Assembly (NCBI GenBank): GCA_045541795.1
Contig: JAZQJV010000010.1
Location: forward strand, 72,333 to 136,332
Source of the DNA: Patescibacteria group bacterium
GTDB taxonomy: Bacteria > Patescibacteriota > Microgenomatia > UBA1400 > PJMF01
Length of the DNA: 64,000 nt
Direction of reading: 5' to 3'
Shown here one piece after another: positions 20,199-30,577 of the stretch. Made by a program: the position numbers and the translations under genes. The notes below the pieces were generated by a model. The model made no database searches. It was given only the letters and a program-made list of their open reading frames with translations, and was not told the origin of the DNA. Numbering within the stretch: the stretch's first letter is position 1; each line of letters starts with the position of its first letter.

Positions 20199-20227
20199 TT
20201 GACAAGCTTCCTCCGGCATGATTTAAT
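20199..20227 (+). promoter_or_regulatory. Sigma70-type promoter of cassette 2
   Basis: TTGACA-17-TTTAAT with a TG extension. Confidence 0.6.
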
Positions 20228-20252
20228 GGAGCGAGATTATAACGCAGAAACT

Positions 20253-21713
20253 ATGACAGCAAAACAAAAGGGCACGAGTTTGTCCACACCAGATAAAAGT
20301 TGGCAGATTATAATTTGCACTGTCATTGTTACTGTCGCCATAAGTGTCATTTTTTCATTGATTTACCGGTATTTTTCCCGCAAGGCACAGCCAGGGGATT
20401 ACGTAGTAAGTAGTGATCTGCATCCGCGCGAGGTGGAAGCGCCATACCTGCAGGCCGCCAGCAAACTGCTTGAGAGCGCAAGCCGCGATCAAGCCTTTGC
20501 CAATCTGGAGACCACGCTCGCTTATACCTGGGCGCATCACCAATACTACCTTGCCACCGGTCAAAAAGAAGCCATAAACGACGTCGCCGCCGGGATTGAT
20601 CACGCGAGCACGATTATGGAACAAAAAAGCGATTTTGGCCCCAGCAGTGACATGTTGCCCGAACAATTAAAAATCGACCCGGCAAAAATTGGTCTTTTTT
20701 GCGCGATGTATCAAGATATTTACCAAGATCACACCCTACACAGTTCCCTGCGTGAAAGCACTCTAGCACTGTGTGATCAGGCCAGTGAAGATTTCTACCT
20801 CACACCCCAGATGCAAGAGTTTCACGATCGCCTCGAGCAAGGCCAAGCCAAAATGAATAGTGAAGCCAGCGCTTTGTATACCTACAATCCGGAGTACATC
20901 ATCAAGGAAGTCACCGAGCGCCTCCAAAGTGAACTGCAAAAATTCTCCCGCGGCGGCGATTTCTCATGGTATGATGACGCCTCGATAGACATGCCCACTG
21001 CCCGCGACAATCTCGCCCGGCATTTGGCGGCCACCAGTAATAAATATTACCGCCGCCAAGTTTTTCACTCAGTCTCGCCAACAGACGACGACGCCAGTAT
21101 CAAGCGGTTGCAAGCCCAAAACACGCGCGATCAGTTTGACTGGCTCTATTTGCTCGGTCAGACTTTATCCTGGTATGCTCACTATGGCGTCAGCCAAGAA
21201 GAAGAAAAATGCCTACTCCAGCAAAACCTCATCACTTATCTGCATTCCAGCTCTGCCGGCGACGTGGGGGCAGGAGAAATTTTGGCTTATGCCTCACCTC
21301 TATCAGGCACGATGTCTCCTGAGTGCCAAGTGCTAGCATTTTATAATTATCACCCCGATACGGATACCTTTAACCGGCAGCTCAATCTCGCCAGCAGTGA
21401 ATTTGTAGACGAATACACGCCCACGGCGGAAAAACTGTATTTAGCGGGCCTACTGACACAAGAGGAACAAGAGCAAACCGATCACTTAGAGCGGCTCGGC
21501 GGTGTAGACATTTCTCTGCCGGAAGGCTTTGAAAATATCTATGACGAACTGACCCAAGAAGACTTAGACGCCGTACCAGATATTTTTGACACCGCCACTT
21601 GGGAAGAAGTATCCTCAGCACCAGCAAACACAACTGTAAGCGATGAAGAACTCTACCGGCAAGCGGAAGAATATTACCAGATGTTACAGGAACATGAGGA
21701 GGCTACACCATGA
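20253..21713 (+). CDS. Membrane-anchored protein B' with acidic C-terminal tail; paralog of 9790-10887
   Basis: TM, LAYTWAHHQYY, RLEQGQ, KCLL, EKLYLAGLLTQ; start moved to ATG 20253, downstream of the promoter. Confidence 0.8.
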   Translation: MTAKQKGTSLSTPDKSWQIIICTVIVTVAISVIFSLIYRYFSRKAQPGDYVVSSDLHPREVEAPYLQAASKLLESASRDQAFANLETTLAYTWAHHQYYLATGQKEAINDVAAGIDHASTIMEQKSDFGPSSDMLPEQLKIDPAKIGLFCAMYQDIYQDHTLHSSLRESTLALCDQASEDFYLTPQMQEFHDRLEQGQAKMNSEASALYTYNPEYIIKEVTERLQSELQKFSRGGDFSWYDDASIDMPTARDNLARHLAATSNKYYRRQVFHSVSPTDDDASIKRLQAQNTRDQFDWLYLLGQTLSWYAHYGVSQEEEKCLLQQNLITYLHSSSAGDVGAGEILAYASPLSGTMSPECQVLAFYNYHPDTDTFNRQLNLASSEFVDEYTPTAEKLYLAGLLTQEEQEQTDHLERLGGVDISLPEGFENIYDELTQEDLDAVPDIFDTATWEEVSSAPANTTVSDEELYRQAEEYYQMLQEHEEATP

Positions 21714-24700
21714 AACTTTTTGCCCGTTCCCTCACCAAACTCACCCACTGCCTCACACTAATAGCCATGTGCGCCTTTATCTTTACTAGCCGTTCTGATG
21801 CCGTCTGGTGCGCCGCTCTCAATAAAGACATCACCTGCCCCAATGGCGATCATCCGCCAGGCTCCACGCCTCATCTAGGCAATCTTTTCACGATCAATCG
21901 TACCACTCTGCGCGCCGCCATCCGTTGTTGTGGCGGCAGTGTCAACTTTGACCGTCTCTGGGTACGCGAGGAAAGCCAAAGCGGCTGGCCGGGTTTTCAT
22001 GTCCACTGGGATTATGATACCAATAGTTCTGCCAGCTGTTACACCAAAAATTTTAACCTCCACATCCTCAATGACGACTGCCCAGGCTTAGGTAAAGTCA
22101 GCTCATGCCCCAAATCCGGCTCAAAATCTTATTTAAGCGGCGCGGATTATTTTGAATATTTATGCCGTGATGCTTGTCAATTGTATGAAGGTATGACTGG
22201 TCGCTCTTGTAGTGAAATTGTCGATCAGGTCAGCTCCCCCTTAGGTACAGCTGATACAGACCTGGGACGTAATGACGTCGCTTTTGCTCTCGGTGATCCC
22301 GATCGGCGCAAAATCTTGCAAGGTGCCGTGGACGGACTCAATGAATTACTACCATATGCCAACGTAGAGCATTGTGGCCTTACTAAGGTGAGCTCGCTCA
22401 ATCTCGGCCGGGTGGACTCTCAAATTGACTATTTATTTGACCGCGGCACTGGCGATAATTTTTGTCTGGAAGGTGAGCTTTGCTGGGCCAGACGAGAAAC
22501 TGCCTACTCGCAAGCCAAACGTGACCAAATGCGTATCCAGATGGATTACACCTGTGAGGCTTACAAATATGCCTATTACACGCCACAAGCTTCTGATAGA
22601 TTTTTGGAAGAATGGAAAAGTATCTATAGTAAAACTAAAAGCAAAACTTTTTATTATGACCGCAAATACGCCTCTGGCGACAGTGTTTACTCTTCTCGCA
22701 CTAGTGGTAGCGCCTCGGTGAGCTTTAGTGAAAGCGGACTTTGCCGCATGGCTGGCGACAAATGGATTTGCCAAAACGAGCCCAGTGGTGAGTATCCCGG
22801 CAGTCTACAAGGAGCCAAAAATAATATGAACAGCGCTGCTGACTACTACCGTAATTCTGCCAATCAAGATGCCAACTGGTACAGCAGTGAGGTCGGCAAA
22901 ATGGAAGGTTATATCCGAGGCAATACTTCTTGCCGCAATAATGCCAATAATAAAATTAACTCCAACTGTCCTTACGTCGACTCCGCCTACAGTTCTTACC
23001 GATCTGCCTACAACAGTTATTCTTCCTGTTATTCTTCTTGCCGCAACCAAAAAAACGCCGACGGCAAATATAAAAGTAGCAGTGAATGTGACAGCCAATG
23101 CAATTACGGTCACGTCCAGTCGCTCTACAATACTTACAGCAACTATTCCAGTAATTGTTCCTCTGGTCGCTCCGAGTATAATACTTGTGTCAGTAATTAT
23201 AATTATGCCGTCAATAATATCGGCGATTACTCGTACCGAGCGGCCTTTTACCGTGCCCGTGCTGAGCTATATGATGAGCACAAACAAGACTACAACAACA
23301 ATAATGATTACTTCCAGTACCGTATCTACTACCGGGTGGGGCAGATCACCGCTTCCTACGGCAACATCAATTGCGCCAACAACAAGTATTACGAAGGGCA
23401 AAAATTTGGCGATGATCACTGGAAACCTTACTATACACAGTGGTACTCTCACTCATACAATCGCGATACTGCTGTCAGCAACTGCCGCAGCATTACGCGG
23501 TCTAAAGGCTACGATCATTGTATTGAGGCGATTGACGAGCTCCCACGTCAAGTAAGACTTTACAAATATTCCCGTGAATGGTCTGAGCAGACTGGCAACG
23601 ACAATTACTACTGCACCAATACCAGTACCACTGTCTGCTCTCCTTCCACCAAAAACGGTGGCTGTCACACCAATCCGGAACGCTCCTACATCAATATCGG
23701 CGGCAACTATTACTACACCAACGGCCTCACCAAGCGTACCGACGATAAAACTCCGCACACCTGGAGCTATAACGGCACCACCATGAACGTGCGCTGCTAT
23801 AAAAAAAGCCGACTGGAAACAAATGATGACATCGAATGGATGAAATCACACATTTCGCTACCAGGTTTCATCGAGTCGTATATCAAGCCGCAAGTTGCCC
23901 TGATCATAAAACGCAAAGACGCCTACTACAAAACTATTCCGGCTAAAAGTGGCGGCGGCGATCCCAGCAATGCTTGGTTTGAGTCTTGGCGCAAAGCCGG
24001 CGGCACCAATCTATGTTCAAACAAAACCAGCATCAATACTCGCGGTTGTGTCGCTGTCAACCTGCTGCAAAGTTGTCTTAATAAAGCCAACTCCATGATG
24101 CAATCCAATACTTCAGACGTCACTCATAAATCCGAAGGCATCCTCACCACTTACCAAGATAACCATGCCTGTACCGGCGATAATGATGCCGTCTCCTCCT
24201 CACGCTGTTATAAATTTGGTTGCTACGTGCAGCGGGAAACCTGCCGCAACGTCGACCAGTTCTTCGTTGACTACGATGAAGTCTGTAGTGTGGGTACTTA
24301 CGCCGGCAGTAAGAGCCCGGATATTTATTACAATCAAGGAACCAATAAAAACCTTACCTGCCGCAATTGCGCTGCCGCAAATTCTTGTAGTCAGGCAGCG
24401 GCACAAGGTTACCGCTATGATCCGCTGGCTTCTAATCCCAATAATACTAATGTCATCATGGGCTTTTTGATCGATGATAAAAACGCCTCCCGCTATAAGA
24501 CGATCCTCACCAGCTGTCCGGCTGGGCAGCACTGCGAGACAAAAACTTTGAGATATAAAGGCAAAACCATCGGCAACTGTCTCGTCGTCACCGACTCTGG
24601 TGTCACCTGTGCCAGTAACGGACTCAAAGACTTCTCTTCCAACGCTTGCGCTTACAGGAGCGACGGCCACAATACTCCGGTGCCACGCTATATTAATGAA

Positions 24701-27388
24701 TACGACACCAGTGGTAACATCATCAAAACTCACAAATGCTGGACTGGCGAATGTGTGGACTCATGCGTGGCTGCTGGCTATTACACTTGGTCGCCTGTCA
24801 ACACCACTAACTGTACCAGTACTTACCAATGTATTGACGGTAGCGGCTATTTCTACGCCACCAATGACCCCCGCAATGGTTGTGCTTATGCTGATACTCT
24901 CGCCGCTCACGCTCTCCCGAATGCGGCAAAACTTTTTTACAACCGTGTCTATCCGGGATACTGTTTTAACGCTCACTGCCGTGCTACACCGCCTGGCGGT
25001 GCCAGTATCTCCAAAAACATTTGTATCGAACACGGCTATGCGGCCATAGTCGGTGATCCTTTCTCCTGCGGACCACGAGAAACCTCTCTAGGAATCGAGA
25101 CGATTACTTACTACGAAAATGGTAGTGCTAAAACTCAGGATTGTTATATCGGCTGCCGGCTCAATATCGCCAATAATACCGAGCAGTGCACTGCTAACAC
25201 TGTCACTGGTAACAATACTCCTGACGCCGGTGCGATGCTGTGGTTTAATCACCAAGAAGACCGCTATCAGCGCCTGCCCACTTACTTGATCAAAGTCGGG
25301 GAGCGTACTTGGTGCTACGCCGATAAAGCCGGGCACAACGGTTGCTCTGCGGCCGCTTATAGAGCGTCACACTTATACCAGGTGGCCGCCAAAAACGGTA
25401 TGTTTACCCCAGCCAGCATCAATAAAGTCTCTGTGTGCCGTTTTGATCGCTGTGCACCCAGTGATGCCAGTATCACCGCCCAAGGCCTCAATGAAGAATA
25501 CGAAAAAACCGTCTGCGCTAGTCTCGGCCTCGACCCCAAATCTACCATCACTAGCAATAATGAGTACCCACAAAAAACTTACGGCCGTAGTGGCGGTAGC
25601 GTCTACATCGCTGAGGTCGGCGGTCTGTATGATAGCTGTGATGGCATTTACCTGTACAACCGCTGCGTCCGCCAAAACAATAGCTGCGCTCCGCGCTGCC
25701 GCAAAGATACAGATCTGGGATACGGTACTTATGAAGCTTACTGTCAGCATTACAACATCAACTCTCGTGCCCGCGGTCAAGACGGCAAATATATAGATAC
25801 CACCAGAGATAGCTCTGGGGCTTGGTGGACGCGCACCGATACCTGCGACGATGGCAGCTATAGTACTCAAACAGATTATCACTCCGAAATTGCTTGCAAC
25901 GTGCCCACTTGTGCCGACGGCTGGACGCTCGCCATCGACAAAAACGAGACGCTCAAGCCTACCGACACCAACGGTCACACTAATGCTGTCCGCTGTGGCC
26001 AGACGTATGACTTAGACTGCAATCATTCTGCCTTCCTCACCACTCGCTCCAGCACTACACTCACTCTACACACCGGTGTCTGCTATGGCCAAGGCGGTAC
26101 CATCCAGTGTGCGCCCAATGCTCCCGCCCCACAGCGCTCGCCAAATAGAGCCGGCTGTCACACTGGCAATACCAGCTGCTACAAGCTAGAAGGCTGTGCT
26201 ACAGAATACGACAATAACGGTAACATCAAGACATCCACTCATCCCACCGAATTTGGCCAACCCAATGAATCCGGACTGTATACCTGTGGCAATAGTACCG
26301 ATCCCCGTTGCAATATCAATAATGACTTCATCTTTATCCCCGCCGGCCGCAGTGATACCCGGGAAGCTTACCTCGCCAATTACGGCGCCGGCAACGCTCA
26401 TTACAAAGCCGGCACCAACGGCCGCCGTTGCGGGCGCTATATGCACGTCTCCGCACCCAAATGGGCTACCGCCACCCAAAATCCGGCCACTCAGGGTGCG
26501 CAAAACATCTATGTCAACAGTACTAGTGGTACCGCCACCGATCGTTGCCCGGGAGCAGTACAACCGTTTAACTCCAGCTCTTTCACGCTCGCTGGTGACC
26601 TCAAACTTGATTGGAATTACTTTAACACCTTAGTGGACGTCTCCAAACTGGAGCCATGCGCCAATATTTCAGGCTTCAATGAAGCCGCCTGGAAAACTAA
26701 AACCGCCAATATGGATGGTTACTATGCTTGCCGCGAATATGACAGCGTCGTCACTTCTAGCTCCTTGCTAAACAAAGGTCTGCTTGACGCCAGCCGCAAT
26801 GTGATCGTCTTCTTTGACGATCCCAATGCCACCTTCCGTATTGACACCAATATCGTCACCGATATTGGTAGTTTCAAGGCATTCATTTCTCGCGGCAGCA
26901 TCGTCATTGATCCCAATGTCGGCAAATTCCCCAAAGCAGCCATGAATGACCACGGTGGCTGTTCATCAGAAACTACTGCCGATTTACAGGGATTTTTCGC
27001 CGCCAAACAGATCAGATTTGATCATATGGATTATTCCGGCAGCTCAGTAAAAGAAATCAGTCGTATCGGCCTCAATCCTCAACTCGTACCTTTCAACGAC
27101 GTCACTTCATTATACTGCGATAAGCAAGTGGTCATCGCCGGCAACATTGTCCAGTGGGGAGGTGGCGGCATCCAGATGAATCGTACCTTCAAAGGTTGCG
27201 TGGGCGGCAATGCCACCACCGACGGTGAAAGCAGCCTTGACTGGGAATACGTCATCGCCAATCCTGCTGCTTATCCAGATTACAACGCCTTCCTCTCGCC
27301 GGTAATTATTTATCAGCGCTCCGATTTCAATAGCAGTGTGCCCAACTGGCTCAAGACCAACAGTACTCAGAGAATAGAAAGTCGCTAA
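21710..27388 (+). CDS. Giant Cys-rich exported protein C' (1892 aa), putative adhesin; paralog of 10884-15644
   Basis: Signal peptide (..RSDA), collinear Cys blocks with C, Y/N/S-rich helical insert, same C-terminal domain; ATGA coupling to B'. Confidence 0.85.
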   Translation: MKLFARSLTKLTHCLTLIAMCAFIFTSRSDAVWCAALNKDITCPNGDHPPGSTPHLGNLFTINRTTLRAAIRCCGGSVNFDRLWVREESQSGWPGFHVHWDYDTNSSASCYTKNFNLHILNDDCPGLGKVSSCPKSGSKSYLSGADYFEYLCRDACQLYEGMTGRSCSEIVDQVSSPLGTADTDLGRNDVAFALGDPDRRKILQGAVDGLNELLPYANVEHCGLTKVSSLNLGRVDSQIDYLFDRGTGDNFCLEGELCWARRETAYSQAKRDQMRIQMDYTCEAYKYAYYTPQASDRFLEEWKSIYSKTKSKTFYYDRKYASGDSVYSSRTSGSASVSFSESGLCRMAGDKWICQNEPSGEYPGSLQGAKNNMNSAADYYRNSANQDANWYSSEVGKMEGYIRGNTSCRNNANNKINSNCPYVDSAYSSYRSAYNSYSSCYSSCRNQKNADGKYKSSSECDSQCNYGHVQSLYNTYSNYSSNCSSGRSEYNTCVSNYNYAVNNIGDYSYRAAFYRARAELYDEHKQDYNNNNDYFQYRIYYRVGQITASYGNINCANNKYYEGQKFGDDHWKPYYTQWYSHSYNRDTAVSNCRSITRSKGYDHCIEAIDELPRQVRLYKYSREWSEQTGNDNYYCTNTSTTVCSPSTKNGGCHTNPERSYINIGGNYYYTNGLTKRTDDKTPHTWSYNGTTMNVRCYKKSRLETNDDIEWMKSHISLPGFIESYIKPQVALIIKRKDAYYKTIPAKSGGGDPSNAWFESWRKAGGTNLCSNKTSINTRGCVAVNLLQSCLNKANSMMQSNTSDVTHKSEGILTTYQDNHACTGDNDAVSSSRCYKFGCYVQRETCRNVDQFFVDYDEVCSVGTYAGSKSPDIYYNQGTNKNLTCRNCAAANSCSQAAAQGYRYDPLASNPNNTNVIMGFLIDDKNASRYKTILTSCPAGQHCETKTLRYKGKTIGNCLVVTDSGVTCASNGLKDFSSNACAYRSDGHNTPVPRYINEYDTSGNIIKTHKCWTGECVDSCVAAGYYTWSPVNTTNCTSTYQCIDGSGYFYATNDPRNGCAYADTLAAHALPNAAKLFYNRVYPGYCFNAHCRATPPGGASISKNICIEHGYAAIVGDPFSCGPRETSLGIETITYYENGSAKTQDCYIGCRLNIANNTEQCTANTVTGNNTPDAGAMLWFNHQEDRYQRLPTYLIKVGERTWCYADKAGHNGCSAAAYRASHLYQVAAKNGMFTPASINKVSVCRFDRCAPSDASITAQGLNEEYEKTVCASLGLDPKSTITSNNEYPQKTYGRSGGSVYIAEVGGLYDSCDGIYLYNRCVRQNNSCAPRCRKDTDLGYGTYEAYCQHYNINSRARGQDGKYIDTTRDSSGAWWTRTDTCDDGSYSTQTDYHSEIACNVPTCADGWTLAIDKNETLKPTDTNGHTNAVRCGQTYDLDCNHSAFLTTRSSTTLTLHTGVCYGQGGTIQCAPNAPAPQRSPNRAGCHTGNTSCYKLEGCATEYDNNGNIKTSTHPTEFGQPNESGLYTCGNSTDPRCNINNDFIFIPAGRSDTREAYLANYGAGNAHYKAGTNGRRCGRYMHVSAPKWATATQNPATQGAQNIYVNSTSGTATDRCPGAVQPFNSSSFTLAGDLKLDWNYFNTLVDVSKLEPCANISGFNEAAWKTKTANMDGYYACREYDSVVTSSSLLNKGLLDASRNVIVFFDDPNATFRIDTNIVTDIGSFKAFISRGSIVIDPNVGKFPKAAMNDHGGCSSETTADLQGFFAAKQIRFDHMDYSGSSVKEISRIGLNPQLVPFNDVTSLYCDKQVVIAGNIVQWGGGGIQMNRTFKGCVGGNATTDGESSLDWEYVIANPAAYPDYNAFLSPVIIYQRSDFNSSVPNWLKTNSTQRIESR

Positions 27389-28035
27389 TGCCCGTCACCC
27401 GCCAAAAACCAGTTCATCAAAGTTCTCAGGTTTACGTCATCATTGCCGTCATTGCAATCGTGATTTTGCTGATCGTCAGTGTCTTGGTAGCTATGCATAG
27501 TCAGGCCACTAGCGGTCAACTCACACCTGGGTCTTTACTTGTCTCTCATCACCAAGCCGCATCTTCGCCAGACAGTTTGACCCCATCCACCGCCTACACC
27601 AACGACTCGCCGGTCACCCAAGAAATGCTTGAGCACGAAATTACTGATTTGATGATCGCTTTTGGCATTGATGATGCCAGTACTCAGTCCACGCCAGAGC
27701 CGGAAGTATTCGCCGAGACAGACGTAGAAATGCTGTCGGCCGCCAATACTACTCAAATTGCTCCCCCAGCTGGCACTTACCAGGCCGTCAACCTCTTTGA
27801 ACGCGGCATCCAAAAAAACCTCGCCGCGATCCAGGATCAAGGCTATAATATCACTATCACCTTAGACGGCGCTGGCCGGGCTCAAGTTAATTTCTTTGGT
27901 TTGGAGTTTACAGCTACTTATGATGACCATTATTTATACTTAGAAGACCAGACCCGCGTCCCTTACTATTATGATGGCGTCACAATCACTGCCGCTGCCC
28001 ACCGTATCGAGCTTGACTTACAAAAAACACTGTAA
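27388..28035 (+). CDS. Membrane-anchored protein A'; paralog of 9079-9780
   Basis: TM; PPAGTYQAVNLFERGIQKNLAAIQDQGY...YDDHYLY...PYYYDG; TAATG overlap with C'. Confidence 0.8.
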   Translation: MPVTRQKPVHQSSQVYVIIAVIAIVILLIVSVLVAMHSQATSGQLTPGSLLVSHHQAASSPDSLTPSTAYTNDSPVTQEMLEHEITDLMIAFGIDDASTQSTPEPEVFAETDVEMLSAANTTQIAPPAGTYQAVNLFERGIQKNLAAIQDQGYNITITLDGAGRAQVNFFGLEFTATYDDHYLYLEDQTRVPYYYDGVTITAAAHRIELDLQKTL

Positions 28036-28039
28036 TTCT

Positions 28040-30460
28040 TTACTGCCCCTCGTGGCTGTCTCCAGGATTATCTCCTTCTGGATTTTGCGCGATTACCCGC
28101 CGGCAAACTTCACGCGGTACCGCCCCCTCTTTGAAATATTCCTCGCGACCACAATAAGCCACTTTCACAATCCCTGCCGGCACCTCAAAATGCGCCGGAT
28201 TTTCTGGATCTAAAAGCTGTAGCATAATTTTTTGCCACATTGGCGATGCACCCGTGATGCCAGAGGCGATGTAACTCATAGGCGTGTTGTTATTATTACC
28301 TACCCAAGTGCCTACCACGTAGTCATTAGTATAGCCAAAAGTCCAATTATCCCGCAAACTGTTGGTCGTCCCTGTTTTCACTGCCACCTCCTGACCAGGG
28401 ATATTGAGTACGCTATTGACGCCAAAAGCCGGCGCCCGGGCATCGTTGTCACTAAGGATACTATCTATTTGGTAAGCTGTTGCTGCTGACAAAGAACGGT
28501 GTTGACGGTTGGCACACTCGCCAAAAAGTGCACAGGTATTTTGGTAAATCGTCCGCCCTTTATAATCCAAAATCTCCAAAAACGGATCTTGTTCCACCGT
28601 CACACCAGCATTGGCAAAAGTAGAGTAGACACTCATCATATCGGTCATGCGCACTTCACCGCCACCTAGCGTCAGCGACAACCCAAACCGGCTCCTATCT
28701 TCCCAAGTAGTAATGCCCATTCTCTCCGCTTGATCAATCATGGCGTCCATACCGATCTCGTTGAGTACTTTGACTGCCGGGATATTATAAGAACAGCCCA
28801 ATGACTGGCGCAGCGTCACATTACCATGATAGCTGCCGTCATAATTTTTGGGCGCGTAAGACTGTCCCCACTGATTACGATAGACAATTGGCTGATCCAA
28901 AATGAGCGTCGCCGGCGTGAAACCGTTATATTCCATCGCCGTGGCATATGTCACCGGTTTGATAGATGAGCCCGGTTGACGCAGACGTGTGGTCACATTC
29001 ACCTGGCCATCGTTTTCAAAATCAAAATAATCACGTGAGCCTACCATCGCCAAAATCTCGCCAGTGCCAGGCTTGACCACCATCGCCGCACCATTAGATA
29101 CTCTCATCCCCGTCAGGCCGTCTACTTCTGCCGTCACGATCTTCTGGACCACATTTTGCAATTCCAGATCTAGTGACGTGCGCACCACCATCCCGCCAGT
29201 ATTGACCATGTCTTCGCCGTAAATATCCGCCAAAAGTGAACGTACATACATCACAAAATGCGGCGCCTCGATTTTCACCCGGCTCTTATTAAATACCAAT
29301 TCTTCCGCATCGGCCTGCGCTCGTTGCTCAGATGTAATATAGCCGTCTTCTTCCATCCGGCGCAGCACTTCGCTGCGGCGCTTGTACGAGCCTTCCAAGT
29401 CATTGGCATAAGGCGAGTAACGGCTCGGCGCCTGCGGCAGACCCGCCAAAAAAGCGCTTTCCGCCAACGTCAAATCCTTGGCATTTTTGCCAAAAAACGT
29501 CACTGCCGCCTGCTCCACACCGTATACCGGCCCACCGTAATTAACTTGATTAAGATACATTTCCAAAATTTGCTGTTTGGTGTAATTTTCCTCCACCAGT
29601 ACCGAAAGCACGACTTCCCGCATTTTGCGAATAAACGTTTTTTCCGGGCTCAAAAGGCGCTGCTTGACTAATTGTTGCGTAATGGTCGACGCACCCTGAG
29701 AAATCGTACCGCTTTCTTGATTGGCCAAAAAAGCCCGTACGATCGCCTTTAAATCAAAACCTTTATGTTCATAAAAAGTCCGGTCTTCAATCGCGATCGT
29801 TGCATTGATCAAATCTGGGGACACTTCGCTTAAAGCGATCGGGATCCGATTTTCATCCTCATAAATTTCAAAAAGCAAGTGATTATTCCGGTCCAAAATC
29901 TTTGTGGTCATGTTTTGTTTGCCGTATTCTAGCTGGCCAATATCTGGCAAATCCACAAATACATTTTGGTACAACCACCAAGAACCAAAAAGAATCCCAA
30001 AACTCACGCCAAAAGAAAACGTCGCCCAAAAAACCTGCACCCCTCGCCCCAACGTCCGGCGCAAGACCACACTTTCACGTCGCTTTTGGTAACGACGGAT
30101 CTTTTTAGGATTGGCGCGACGGATATGAGATTTTTTGTGAGCCAAATGATGACGGCTCATCAGCACCAGACGCCATTTTTCCCGCCAGACACGACGCCTG
30201 CGGAAATGCGTGCGCTGCGGCCACACCCAATAAAAACGGATACGCGCCCGCTGCTTAGGCACTGCTGGTCCCATCCAAAATAAATCATCTAAACGTAAAT
30301 GAGAGTCCACCACTGTCCGCCTAGCCTGGCGAGCGCGGATGTAAGCGATCAAATCGCGCCAGTCACGCTGGATTTGCTTTTGCGTCCACCACCAGCGTGC
30401 CAAAAGTTTTGCACTATAAGTTGCCATCTTTTGTCGCCAGTAGTTATAGTTCTTGTCCAT
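28040..30460 (-). CDS. Class A penicillin-binding protein (transglycosylase + transpeptidase)
   Basis: EDRTFYEHKG, GASTITQQL, RKMRE, SSIK, SYN, KTGT motifs. Confidence 0.95.
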   Translation of the reverse strand: MDKNYNYWRQKMATYSAKLLARWWWTQKQIQRDWRDLIAYIRARQARRTVVDSHLRLDDLFWMGPAVPKQRARIRFYWVWPQRTHFRRRRVWREKWRLVLMSRHHLAHKKSHIRRANPKKIRRYQKRRESVVLRRTLGRGVQVFWATFSFGVSFGILFGSWWLYQNVFVDLPDIGQLEYGKQNMTTKILDRNNHLLFEIYEDENRIPIALSEVSPDLINATIAIEDRTFYEHKGFDLKAIVRAFLANQESGTISQGASTITQQLVKQRLLSPEKTFIRKMREVVLSVLVEENYTKQQILEMYLNQVNYGGPVYGVEQAAVTFFGKNAKDLTLAESAFLAGLPQAPSRYSPYANDLEGSYKRRSEVLRRMEEDGYITSEQRAQADAEELVFNKSRVKIEAPHFVMYVRSLLADIYGEDMVNTGGMVVRTSLDLELQNVVQKIVTAEVDGLTGMRVSNGAAMVVKPGTGEILAMVGSRDYFDFENDGQVNVTTRLRQPGSSIKPVTYATAMEYNGFTPATLILDQPIVYRNQWGQSYAPKNYDGSYHGNVTLRQSLGCSYNIPAVKVLNEIGMDAMIDQAERMGITTWEDRSRFGLSLTLGGGEVRMTDMMSVYSTFANAGVTVEQDPFLEILDYKGRTIYQNTCALFGECANRQHRSLSAATAYQIDSILSDNDARAPAFGVNSVLNIPGQEVAVKTGTTNSLRDNWTFGYTNDYVVGTWVGNNNNTPMSYIASGITGASPMWQKIMLQLLDPENPAHFEVPAGIVKVAYCGREEYFKEGAVPREVCRRVIAQNPEGDNPGDSHEGQ

Positions 30461-30577
30461 ATGCTATATTATACCACACTTTTTGGCATTTTATGGGGCA
30501 ATTTATAGCAAAATATATCAATTTTCACTTTTCTCGATCATAAATAACTATTTTTACCGGTGTATCGACAAAAATCT

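Noticed and set aside
10884-27388. Diversity-generating retroelement targeting the giant proteins
   Set aside because: No reverse transcriptase and no near-identical TR/VR pair differing at adenines; C/C' similarity is old protein-level paralogy. A remote DGR cannot be excluded.
30530-30570. Third, partial copy of the 100-bp cassette repeat (ATAAAT...TTTTACCGGTGTATC)
   Set aside because: Similarity is short and AT-rich, and both diagnostic dyads are missing.
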